Positions 53,221 through 64,000 of a stretch of DNA of 64,000 nucleotides are shown here, piece after piece. The notes under the pieces are model-generated. The model searched no databases. It was not told the DNA's origin and worked only from the letters and a program-made list of their open reading frames with translations. Made by a program: the position numbers and the translations under genes. How positions within the stretch are numbered: position 1 is the first letter of the stretch; each line of letters starts with the position of its first letter. Source of the DNA: Lama glama (lineage: Eukaryota); the NCBI GenBank assembly GCA_028534125.1, contig CM052817.1, positions 97,464,001 to 97,528,000 of the forward strand, in the 5' to 3' direction.

Positions 53221-54614
53221 ACTGTTAACTGTCCCCTGTGTTTATTTGCTCCTCCTTCCTTCCTCAGAGATGACCAGCTCCACTGAACAGAGTAGAAAAT
53301 GAGGGTAAAATAGTGACACAAAGATCTAAGGTTATGGCTAAGGAGGGGTGTGAGAAATGATGAGTAAGGTCAGGGGCTGGGATGTAGATGCTGGGATGAG
53401 CTTCTACACTCTCAAAAACAAGAGGACCATGTTTGCAATCAATCAAAATAGTAGAATTGGGTAACTGAAAATTCTAGTAAAGATGGGCTAATCTTTCACT
53501 CAGCCACATGGTAAGTTTGCAGAACAAGTTAGATTCAATTAATGATTTTTAAAGTGAAAAGGAACATATCCAATACAAGCCAATCTCCTCCCCCCAAATC
53601 ACTGAAATTTAACAAGAATTTCAGGTATCTGAGATATATCAGTGGAGTTTGAAATGCAAGTAATACTATTCCACGAAAAGTCAAAAATGCTCAGAGTTTA
53701 ACCTGTGCCTGACACAGCGAGTGAGCGAGTGAGTGAGAGATAGTACGTGGTCTTCAGTGTGTACATTAGCACAGGGGAGCGTGCGGGAGATCTTGGTCTC
53801 CTTTAGCGCTATGGGCAGGACTGATGTTCAGTTGGTCAGCACCAGGACAGCTGGATTCAGCTCTCAGCCCTACCTCCTTCTGATTGACTGATACCCAGGC
53901 CCAAATGGTCAGTAAACATGATCAACGTTGTCCCTGTTTTCAGGGGCTATTCAAAATTCCTTTGAGAGATGTTCAGACCACAAAGGGTGAAGGAAGAAGG
54001 ATTTGGGAGAAAAAAGTATTAGTTTCTTCTCTCCAGTCTGCAACATCTCTGCCTATGGAATAGATAAAATGGAGAAAGAAAAAGACAGCACCCAGACTGA
54101 TGTGTTAACTTCTCTTTAAGTGTGGGGGTGGTCTGCAGAGAGCATACATTTTGCCATTTTGGTTCATATAGTATTCAGAATTTACTGGCCTGCCTGGAAT
54201 TTTGATGAAGAATTTCAGATTTGCCATACATTCCAGCTGCCATATATCTCCTCTATTTACAGATTACGGAATGTTGAGACAGATTACAAAGGACGTTGTG
54301 AACTTCCTACTCTGGAGGGATTTAGAAGTAGGATTTCCTCTGACCTGGAATGGCAAAGGCGGGGCTCCCATAAGCTGGGTGATGGAGTAAGGTATCCATC
54401 GGTTTGTGTAGCCTTTCAAATAATTACTTTGCAAAGAGGAAATGAGATCAGGAAGAAAGTCCAATCTAGCCTGATGAATCAGTGGGTGATAAAGTACACT
54501 GGAACTTTGACATCCAGCCTTTTACATTTTCTTTTGAAAAGTTGCCTCTAAGTCATAAACCAGGTATCACATAAAAGAGGAAACCCAGCAGTGTTTGTCT
54601 TTCAGAGTGGTAAT

Positions 54615-54830
54615 AAAGTATAAAGGTTAAAAGCATACTCTGGAGCCAGACTCAGCCTGGGTTTGGATCCCAGCACTGCCTCACAGTAGCCGTGGGACTA
54701 TGCGTAAATTACGTAAACTCTCAGCCTCAGTTTCATAACCTATGAAATGAGAAAATACAATTGATCCCATATGGTTGTTGCAGAAATTAATAACCTGTAC
54801 AATGACTGGTGTATAGTAAACAATGAATAA
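54615..54830 (+). mobile_element. MIR SINE
   Basis: CTCTGGAGCCAGAC...CCTGGGTTTGGATCCCAGC...GCCTCAGTTTC. Confidence 0.8.
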
Positions 54831-55389
54831 TATGATATTTTTTCATGCCCTTAGTCCTAAGCCATTTACTCCTACTCATTCTTCTGTCCATACTCTTTCC
54901 TGCTTTCCATGCTTGGCTTCTGACCTTATTGGATCACTTCCTTTTTGGTATTTTTCCTTCCTGGACTATTTGCAATTCAGAACTATCTGCCCAACTTCCT
55001 GCCACTAACATTCAGGAACAATTTCTTCTGATTTTTCTAGCCTCCCATCGCAAAACATGCTCCTCTTGTGGCACAATTCCATTCCTCCTGTTGTAACCTG
55101 GTGTTCCATGTCATAAACCTGACTTTGAGCTGTACATAAGATTCACGGGGTCTTTTTGCTACTTGAAGAAATAAATTCCCTTAAATGGCGTGGGAGAGAC
55201 AACGGGTTTGCCAAATTTAATTTCATTTGTCTCTTTGTGTGTGGACAGAAAGGCTACATATCTCAGCCTGCCTGGCACTGAGTTTGGGTCTGTATGACTG
55301 AGTCTGCATCCTGGTGTCTTCATGAATGTGATGTGCTCCACTGGTCGTAAAATCGTTTGAATGGTTGTGCAAGTGCTCACTTCCTCGAC

Positions 55390-55575
55390 CATGAATGCCT
55401 AGGAGGCCTCAGGTTTGGGATGTTAGCATCATACAATGAAAGGAGACTGGATCCCTGAGTCACCTTGTGGAGCAAAGCTCCCAAGGAGAGTTGCCTGGAT
55501 GGCACTGGACTATGACGTGAGTGATAAATAAATCTTTTTTGTGTGCACTCCATGAGATCTGGGTACTTTGCCATG
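55390..55575 (+). mobile_element. MaLR LTR 3' part (MLT1-like)
   Basis: CTGGATCCCTGAGTCACCTTGTGGAGCA...GGACTATGACGTGAGTGATAAATAAATCTTT. Confidence 0.6.
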
Positions 55576-57762
55576 ATTAATTCAGATGATAAAGAATAGG
55601 AATATTTGTACAGAATATAAGCCTATAGTGAATAGTATTATAATAAAGTGTGCATGTGTTTGTACTAGAATGTTTCCTATATTCAGGATTACCAAATTCA
55701 TTATGGAGTTTAGCTAGCTGAGCAGAATGTTGTAGAGAAAAGAATATGGATTGTAGAATCCCACTGAACCAGATTCAAATTGTCTCAAATACATATTAAT
55801 ATGACTTTAATATACTCTTTCTCTGAAATCCAAATAATACTTTCTTTTTGGTAGCACCATTGGGTAAGTCAACTAAAACTTATTAGGTAACTTTCTTCTA
55901 TCCCTGTACCCTTTTCCATACTCTAATATTTTCAATCTGGTGTTTAATTTCTGTAATTCTCCATTCTAAACTGATTTTCATTAATGTGACTTTATAAGAG
56001 CACCAGACTAAAGTCTTGACAACATAAAGGTAATATTTGGGTCTGGAGAAAGCATCCATATCCTTCATTTGTGCCCAAATGAAAAAAAAAACACCACAAA
56101 ATTTTCTGTATTGAAGATGGCACTTAGTAGAGAACAAATTTCCCTTTATTCAGTACATTATTCAGTAAGTTCCCAAGTTAGAAAGTCTATGCTGTGCACC
56201 ACAGCACAATTTAGAAAATATTGTGTTTAATTAAAATGGAAATTTCTGAAATGACTACCATAGAATTTATCTTTCCAAACCTCAAATAAAATTTTTGACT
56301 CATGCAGTATGAATGAGTTAATTTTCTTTTTCCCCATCTCATCTTAACAATCGGGAGAATAGTCTCCATTTCTAATTACTGAGGGTGGACCACTGGCAGA
56401 ATGTGCATCAGTGCAGACAGAGGTAACTAGTCACCACCTATTTTCCAACTTGTTTACACACACACAAAGCTACTTGCACCCGCAATATAAACACAGACTT
56501 CAAAGGTACCCTGGCAAGAGCTGCCATTGTTACTTGCTGTTTAATATTTAAACAAATTGTTTAGAATTTATGGGATATTCTTGGTGGCTTCTTAAATTAA
56601 AAAAAAAAAAACAAGCTAACACACAACTTATGAAGTTAAAAGCAGTGTGGCAAAATTTTACATTAAGTACCCCAGAAAAGAGAGTTAACAATTCAATAGA
56701 CATGACATCATAAGTTTCCAGAATTTGATCCTACATTTTGCAGTAATGTCTTTAAAAGATCAATACTGCAACAAAGTAAGCCCTCTGTGGCACAGCTTCC
56801 CTTTTATAAAATGAGTAAGCTTTTCCTCTCAGTGATCAAATAGGTGTCTCTGAAAGTGATAAGAGTAACCAGGTGCTCTCTTGGTCTTGCCTTTCTGATC
56901 TGAGCTCACCATTTCTTCTTTTCTTTCCTCTTCTCACCATCCAAACCTCTAATTTCCCTTACAGCTCTATCCCAAGGCCTCTTCTCCCTCCCCACCTCTG
57001 CCCTAAAGTGGAGTTGCATTTTACATAGTTTGGTTCTAAAGTCTGCGAGCAAGATGAAAAACCATACCAACTCAGAAATACCCTAGAGAAAGAAAAATCT
57101 CTTAATTCACCCTGAAAGTACAATATACGTGGCCCTTTTTATGCACACTTGAGGCTGGTATCGCATCCAACTCAGCCACTTTTTCCTCCAGCCTTGGAAC
57201 AGATTGCTGTTTTCTCAGCTAAACACCTGATGAAGTAGTTGGCTTGCATTTATAGGGGCCATGTTGTACAAAAAAAAAAAAAAAAAAAAAACCCTGTATC
57301 TTTAAACACTTGAATCACACTCAGTATGGTGAGCTGCTCATACTATGAGAGCGATTCAGCAACTGAGACCAACCGAAGGAACATCGGATTCACATCTCCC
57401 CTCCTGCATTCCTCTGGGGCATATGCTCTAGTGGAACGTGGGACAGAATCACCCACACTATTTACATTCTTCTCTTTCTCTCTTTCTCTTTCTGGCAGGG
57501 TAAGTGGAGTTGAGTATGGATGAGAACTTTCTTTTATATATGTTTTAGGAAAAAATTCTATTCAAAAGCACAAGTTTTTCTGAGAAGGGCAGCTCATGTG
57601 AAAGGAGATGTCGGGGTCTCTGTGGCTTTTGAGTGTCATGACACGAATGGGCGCCCCCTTCAGTTTAACAGCGAGAACTGTCTCATAGCTGTGAACATAC
57701 AAAGATGCGGGAGATGTGGTGTCTGGGACATGGAGGCTGGAGAGAGCCGACTTGCTCTGTAT

Positions 57763-57968
57763 CACGGCTTCTCAACCTTGGCACTGTTGACATTTTGGAT
57801 TGGATAGTTCTTTACTGTGGGGGGCTTCCCTAGGCAATGTGGGGTGTTTAGAAGCATCCCCAGCCTCAACTCACCAGGTGCCACCCCCCATTGTGGAAAC
57901 CAAAAATATCTCCAGACATTGCCAAATCGTCCCTGGGGAGCACAATCACCCTTGACTGAGAAACTCTG
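57763..57968. mobile_element. MER20 (hAT-Charlie MITE)
   Basis: TTCTCAACCTTGGCACTGTTGACATTTTGG...TCTCCAGACATTGCCAAA...TGAGAAACTCTG; 8-bp flanks CTCTGTAT/CTCTATAC. Confidence 0.88.
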
Positions 57969-59121
57969 CTCTATACAAGAGAGTGGAAAGGGTTTGAAAC
58001 CCTGGGGCGGGGGGACGGAATTCGGAATGGAAGAAGTGAAAAGGAAACATGGGTTGGGGGTGGGAGCAGCTTTCTAGATAGTGCAAGGCTGGGCACTAGA
58101 TGATGTGAAATGGCCTCTGAAAAATTCTTAGTCCTGGGACGGTTGAAGGCTTTAAGAAAACAGATATGTCTAAAATCCTACTTAAAGCTGTCTCCTGTTA
58201 TACGAACACCATCCCATTTCCCCAAACCTTCAGTGACGTCTACTGAGAACACCAACGCCCTGTGAGAGCGGTTAGGCTGTAGTCCTCAAGGAAGGGGATG
58301 AGGTCCCCAGCTGAGCAGACACGGTGTGGAACAGGGACAGCCCACGTGGGGAGGTTACTGAATTCAGAGCAAAAGGCGCCTTAGAACCAAGGTAAGCATT
58401 TTCAACGTGGATTCTACGAAAATCTTTGGATTTCCACCAGGGGTGGGTGGTAGGTTTGAACAACTCTCTTCTGGATCTTGAGGGGCTAGGGCCTCTCTGT
58501 GGTGCTATCCGTCGTCCTCTGAGGTTTTCTGACCCGTAGGTTCTGTAGGCCACACAGAGGCACCACCAGCTCTGGTAAGGGTGGTTGTGGGAGGTAAAGG
58601 TACTCTTCTCCCCTCCCACGTCTCTTAGGGGGTTAGGATTAGGATCCGGGGCCTCCAGAAATGGCAGGTGATCACTCCTTGTTGAGAGGATGGTCTTTAC
58701 TCTGCCATGGAAATCTGCCCCAGGACACCGCCAATTCTGCTTCTCCCCCATCCTCAAAATCTCTCCGTCTGTTTCTGCTTCTTCATCTTACTTAGCCCTC
58801 TATTACCCTGTCACGATGTCCCAGACATTTTTTCTATAAACAATTTGAGATGCAGCTTTTTGTCACCTCCTGAGGCTCCCTGACTGCTTGGGTACAGATT
58901 TGGAAGAGTTACACTTCTCTTGGTCCACTTCCCTTTTAGGGTCAGGTCCATCCTATCTGATTTAAACTGGGCCCCTTTACATATTCTGCTTTTTATTCCT
59001 TCTCTGTTACCGAGTCCCAAGTTGCTTCTCCCTACAGAAAGCCTTTCATTGCCATAATTTCAGGTCTTCATTTGATCCATTCCATTCTACTTCAAAATGT
59101 TGGTTCAACAATACTATTTCT

Positions 59122-59292
59122 GGGGAGGAGGAAGGTAGAGCTAGCTCAGTGGTAGAGCATATGCTTAGCATGCATGAGTGCCTGGGTTCAGTCCCCAGTA
59201 CTTCCATTGTAAAACAGATAAATACATAAATAAATAAACCTAATTACCTCACTCCCCCCAATAAAAAGCATAAACAAAAACAAGTTTGTGTT
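59122..59292 (+). mobile_element. tRNA-derived SINE (camelid Vic-1-like)
   Basis: TAGCTCAGTGGTAGAG...GGGTTCAGTCCCC; perfect 15-bp TSD AACAATACTATTTCT at 59107-59121 and 59293-59307. Confidence 0.92.
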
Positions 59293-59699
59293 AACAATAC
59301 TATTTCTTATAGTAAGAAACTCTAAACTCACAAAATTTTCTCTGTACCTCTTTAATGGCATTTATCATTTTCCATTCACAACTATCAGCACACATAGTAT
59401 CTTTACTCCTAGACTACGAGCTCCTTGGAAACAGAAACATAACCTAATAATTGGTTCAGAACCACTGTTAAGTAATTGATTAAATTTTTTTTCTATTCTT
59501 CCCAAAAAGAATTTAAAGCGGCTTAGAAGGACACAAAATAATGGCTAATGACTCAAATTAGAAAACAGTGAAGAAAAAAAAATTAGAGAGATATTATAGT
59601 AACTTGAGACTAGTAGGTTATCAATAAAGGCTTGCTAAAAAATAAATCAATTATCTTTATGTAAGATTTGCCAGTGGGTTCAACCTTAAAACAAGCTGT

Positions 59700-60130
59700 G
59701 TTTGCTTCCTCACGCACAAGTCTCTCCCAGTGGTGATGTCCATGCCTCACCTTCCTTCTTTACTCCCTATTTTCACCCCTCCCCAGATCTGGTCATGCTT
59801 TATTATGTGCTCCGTTAGAACTGCCCTCGTCTGCCACAAGCTGAGCTTCCTGACCACAGTGCCGGTTCTAGGCAGGGGTAATTATTTCAAGCCAACCCCA
59901 ACAGAATCCTTTGGATTTTTGGAGCTGGGGCAAGAGGTGAGTCCTTTCTCCATGGATGATCAACAAGAAATTGGCTGAATCACCACCATCCCTGGATAGA
60001 GAAAGCTGATTTCCAGGAGAGGAAATTGAAGCCACCCTCCAGAAAGAAGTAGAGATTGGAAACAGAGAGAGAATTCTGATAGTATTTGAACCCCTGGTTC
60101 TTGTTTCTGAGACCCCTCTCAAAGCTTCCC
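59700..60130 (+). mobile_element. Degenerate ERVL-class LTR fragment
   Basis: Architecture resembles 19443-19910 (GAAGCCACC...AGAGAGAGAATTCTGATAGTATTTGAACCCCTGG). Confidence 0.45.
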
Positions 60131-61099
60131 CCACCCCCTGCCTTCTAAAGCATATTCATTAGAGTCTCTTTTGATTTTTATTGGAATAAGTCCAAACCCT
60201 TGTGTCTAATGATCTAGCATTTCCAGCACCCAGTCAGCCTTATCTTGCTTCTAAATTCTCTGTTGAGAGCTGCCTTCTCCCAGATGCCAGGCTCTTTCTC
60301 TCCTCTGTGGTTTTCTTAACAGCTATTTCCTTACCTCAAATGACCTCCTGCCTCCTCTCTCTGCAATACTAATTCAGGCCTTTCTTTAGGGTCCAATTCA
60401 AGATCTATCTCTTCCATTAAAACCCTTCTTGCTTGATCTTTCCCTTCTCTGAACTACTGTAGCCCTTACTTCCCCAGCTTTTGCCATGCTGTCTGAAACA
60501 GATTTACTTTTCTGCCTTGGTTTGTTCTCTTTTGTGTTTTCTGTGTGAGAAAATCTGGGGGTTGGTTTATTACTTATAAATTTAACTGCCATTAAAAAAA
60601 TGGTATCTCCTCCTTTGTTTGTTAGCACCTTGATTTGTTTGGGAACAAGATTTTGGGGCAAGGACTGAGGGAGCACTGAACTGATCTGCATAAAAAAGAG
60701 CTGAATATGATGATCTTGTAAGAAATTCAGAAAAGGAGACAAGAGGAGCAGAGAGGGGAGACTGGGAGGGAGGGGGCCGTGGAGCAGTCAGTCAAGAGAA
60801 GGTTGTGCATCGCCCAGTGTGATCATTCTCCACAATCCTCAATTGCTCAGGAAATTAACATAAACTCAGAGAATGCTGGGAGAGCAGTAAATTTTGTGCA
60901 AAATGGTGAAGGGATAGATTTTGAGGTGTAGATTGTCAAGGCGGGGGAGACAGCAGCAGCACATGCGGATGTAGGTGCTGTAGACAGAGTGACCACCATG
61001 AAAGGTAGGACCCCCTGGGGATGTGCAGAAAGCTTGAGAAGAGTTTTGAAATTCAACCAGGTCTGGATTTGGGACTTCAAGCCGAAGGGTAGGAGATTC

Positions 61100-61625
61100 C
61101 AGCAAACACCTGGGTTATGAGTGTTTATTACTTTAGTGTTAGATATATAGTCTTCCTTTCCCATATTGACTGTAAGTCTCATGACATAGGGACCATGCTG
61201 CCTTCTGCCTCACCTAAAACACTCTCCCCACTCTTTCCTACCTTCCAGATCCTACTTATCCTCAAATTCCAGCACAAGACACTGTTCCTTGAGGAAACCT
61301 ATGATGACTCTCAATCTCCAATTATCTTTCTTCTCAAAACTTGAATTGCATTTATAGCTTGTACCATGCCACAGAGCACTGATTATTGCCCTAGTGATCT
61401 TATGATGGTTAATCTTCTCATAAGCACCTTCAGGACTGAAAGGTGATTATAATTTTTATAGAATGGGTGTTCAGTACTTATTAAGCATTTAAGAAGTCCC
61501 TCCCCTAAGTGGATTCACAAAGGGCAGCAGTTTTATTTGGTTTCCTATTCTTGCCCCAAGGTCAGAACATTGTCTGGAAAATATTAGGTACTAATGAATG
61601 TTTGTTGAATGACTGAATGATGAAT
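61100..61625 (+). mobile_element. LINE-2 3' fragments
   Basis: GACTGTAAGTCTCATGA; terminal ATGTTTGTTGAATGACTGAATGA. Confidence 0.6.
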
Positions 61626-61805
61626 ATCAGTCTGCCAAACTTTATGACTCTCAATAGGGAAGACTAGTCTTTTTCTTTCCCACCTAATGTTTAAGTGCTT
61701 TTCATAACTCTTTTGAATCTCATAACTGTACTACTTTTGTTGGATTTCTTAGCCTTTTAGATAATTTCAAATCCTAGCTCCTTTATTAAGGCATCTGTCA
61801 CTCAG

Positions 61806-61915
61806 TTTTTGGGGTGGGGGAGGTAATTAGGTTTACTTATTTAGTAGAGGTACTGGATATTGAACCCAGGACCTCATGCATGCTAAACATGCACTCTAAG
61901 CTATACCCTACCCCG
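61806..61915 (-). mobile_element. tRNA-derived SINE (camelid Vic-1-like, A box partly deleted)
   Basis: B box GGGTTCAATATCC; TSD AGGCATCTGTCACTCAG / AGGCATCTGTCATTCTG. Confidence 0.88.
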
Positions 61916-62129
61916 AGGCATCTGTCATTCTGAAGGCACTGCACTTATATCCAACCACGTTTTTGCCAAATGTAACCTGTTTAGACTGAAAGAGAAAACA
62001 GGGCAGCAATGCATATGCATAGCCTCTCCTTGACTTTCATGATCCCTTGGGTGGACCACACTATTGAAAAAGCGGGACTTGGGCATGTATATGGTCAAAA
62101 AGAATGTCTCTAAAGACACAGCATTTTGA

Positions 62130-63330
62130 TAAATGGAAATATTCAATATCATAAAGATATCAATTATCCTGAAATTAATAGATAAAAATGTGATACAATT
62201 TCAACCAAAATTCCAACAGAGAATTTTATTTGTTGGAAGTTAACAGGTTGAGTCTAAAATTCACTTGATATAAAAGGTTGAGAATAGCCAAGGTAATTTT
62301 AAAGAAGAACAAAGGGAAGGGACTTGACTTCTCAGATATCAAGATTTCTTGTAAGATCCTAGTAATTAAATCAGAATACTGTCAGTGTAGAGATAGACAA
62401 ACAGGCTAAACAGAACAGAGGGCTCAGCACATGCACACACACACACACACAGAAGTGGCATTACAAATTAGTGTGAATATCGGTTTGGGGAAAATGCTGT
62501 TGGGATGGCTGATGGACCATATTAAAAAGAAAACATCCACTGTGTCATACACAAAATTAAAATAAACTCCAGGTGGATGAACAGGTCAAAGTGAAAAGCA
62601 AAACCCATAATACCTTCAAGAAAAATACAGTGAACGTTTAAGATTTGGGGTAGAGAAAATTTTTCTAAATAACATAGAAAATTCAGAGGCCCTAAAGGAA
62701 AGAAGATGAATATATTCGACTGTATTAAAATTTGGGGCTTATTTATGAAAAAGACATCAAGGTAAAAGGCAAGTCACAGACCAGGAGAAGATATTTCAAA
62801 CCGTGTATCTGACAAAGAGTGGCATCAGGATTGTACATTTTCTAAGCTCAGTTAGAAAAAGATCAAGAATTCCATGGGAAAAAATGGGCAAAGAAAAGAA
62901 TAGGCAATTACAGAAAAAGAAAAAGAAATGGCTGTTTGAGTTCAGCTCTTCTCATATTCCAGAGATACACAACATCTAATAAAATTGGGAATGTACGTGC
63001 TCTGTTTTCTTGGGATTCTTGTTTTAGGCGTATGTATATTAGAGAAACTCTTGCATATGTGAACAAGTGGGTATGTACAAAGAATCTCAGCAAGATTATA
63101 ATTATTAAAAATTGGAAAATACCCAAATTCTCATTAATAGGGGGATAAATCAGTACATTGTGGTGTTTTCCCAAAATCAGTTAAAGTAAACAATTAGGGC
63201 TACGTGAGTCAACACGAATAAACCTCAAAAACATAATTCAAAGAGGAAAAAAGCAAATTGTGGAATGTGTATAACAGAATACTATTTACATTAAGTTTAA
63301 AAACACACAAAACAATATCATATTATTCGA
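62130..63330 (+). mobile_element. Old LINE-1 (L1M) ORF2 3' remnant
   Basis: TCAATATCATAAAGATATCAATT, AGAATAGCCAAGGTAATTTTAAAGAAGAACAAAG, AAAATGGGCAAAGA; decayed, no intact ORF. Confidence 0.82.
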
Positions 63331-63344
63331 AGACCTGTGTTGTA

Positions 63345-63665
63345 CAGTATAGCAGACTGGGTTCCCCATAAAGCAGATTCTGAGACAGAGATTAGCAGGC
63401 TGGAGGTTCCCTAGGGAGCGCCTTTGGGAACATCTTTTGGGAAGGACATGAAGAAGCAGGACTGGGGAGAGGGAAGGTTTGGGTCATGATGGGGTCTTAA
63501 CAAAGGCCTCAGTCAACCCCTTTGAAAGCCTGTGAAACTGGGATAGTTACTCAGAATCCTCCTAAGCTGGACGGAGGGCCCTGGCCTTCAGACACCTACA
63601 GTGATGAGTCATAGGATGCAGGGAAAGGTGCATGACCTTGGGGGAGGCAGCTGACCTCAGCCTCT
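63345..63665. mobile_element. ERVL-class LTR fragment
   Basis: GGGTTCCCCATAAAGCAGATTCTGAGACAGAGATT...GAAGCAGGACTGGGGAGAGGGA. Confidence 0.6.
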
Positions 63666-63679
63666 GGCTAGTCATTAGG

Positions 63680-64000
63680 AACATATGCACGAATATTCTG
63701 ATTTTCTTCTTGGGGACATGTGATGACATTATACTTCCCCATGTCCTATGAGTTAGGGAGGTAATGTGCTTTGGCCAATAAGATGTGACCAGAAGTTGTA
63801 TGGGTCACTTTGGGGTAGAAACTTTTAATAATCCACGTGTGATTCTCTAAATTCCCTTCCCCTTGTGAATGTCACTGTCCTCTGTGACATTCCAGATCAA
63901 TGGAAGCCCTTCCACCTGCATGGCTGGTTGAAGACCATGTGGAGCAGTGCACTCAGCCATCTCTGACTGGCATTAGGCATGAAGGAAAAATAAACACTAT
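63680..64000 (+). mobile_element. MaLR LTR (MLT1H/I/J-like), truncated by window end
   Basis: TGCTTTGGCCAATAAGATGTGACCAGAAG...CATGTGGAGCAG...GAAAAATAAAC. Confidence 0.7.

Overview
This is mammalian genomic DNA, very probably a camelid, inferred from six tRNA-derived Vic-1-type SINEs and cetartiodactyl-type L1 3' ends. It contains the 5' end of the mineralocorticoid receptor gene NR3C2 on the minus strand. The gene portion comprises the large coding exon 2 (33862-35623, whole N-terminal domain, ATG at 35621), two alternative untranslated first exons (1alpha, donor at 40881/40880; 1beta, donor at 43240/43239), their CpG-island promoters (~40.9-44.9 kb) and ~34 kb of intron 2. The remaining ~19 kb is repeat-rich upstream intergenic DNA. 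No other protein-coding gene, RNA gene or CRISPR array is supported, and there are three N gaps. The most interesting unexplained structure is in RNA processing and translation control. (i) An 11-nt intron-2 microexon with near-consensus splice sites would place an in-frame TGA directly after the NTD. (ii) A candidate tiny terminal exon/intronic poly(A) site and a recursive-splice-like site also end the ORF after the NTD. (iii) Each first exon carries one uATG: a strong-Kozak Met-Ser-stop uORF 7 nt before the main ATG in 1beta, and an overlapping uORF in 1alpha that an internal donor would convert to a 22-aa in-frame extension. (iv) Local AT-to-GC bursts in exon 2 and in intronic L1 relics look like GC-biased gene conversion. 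All comparisons to human sequence and repeat consensus are from memory and need alignment. Repeat boundaries are approximate.
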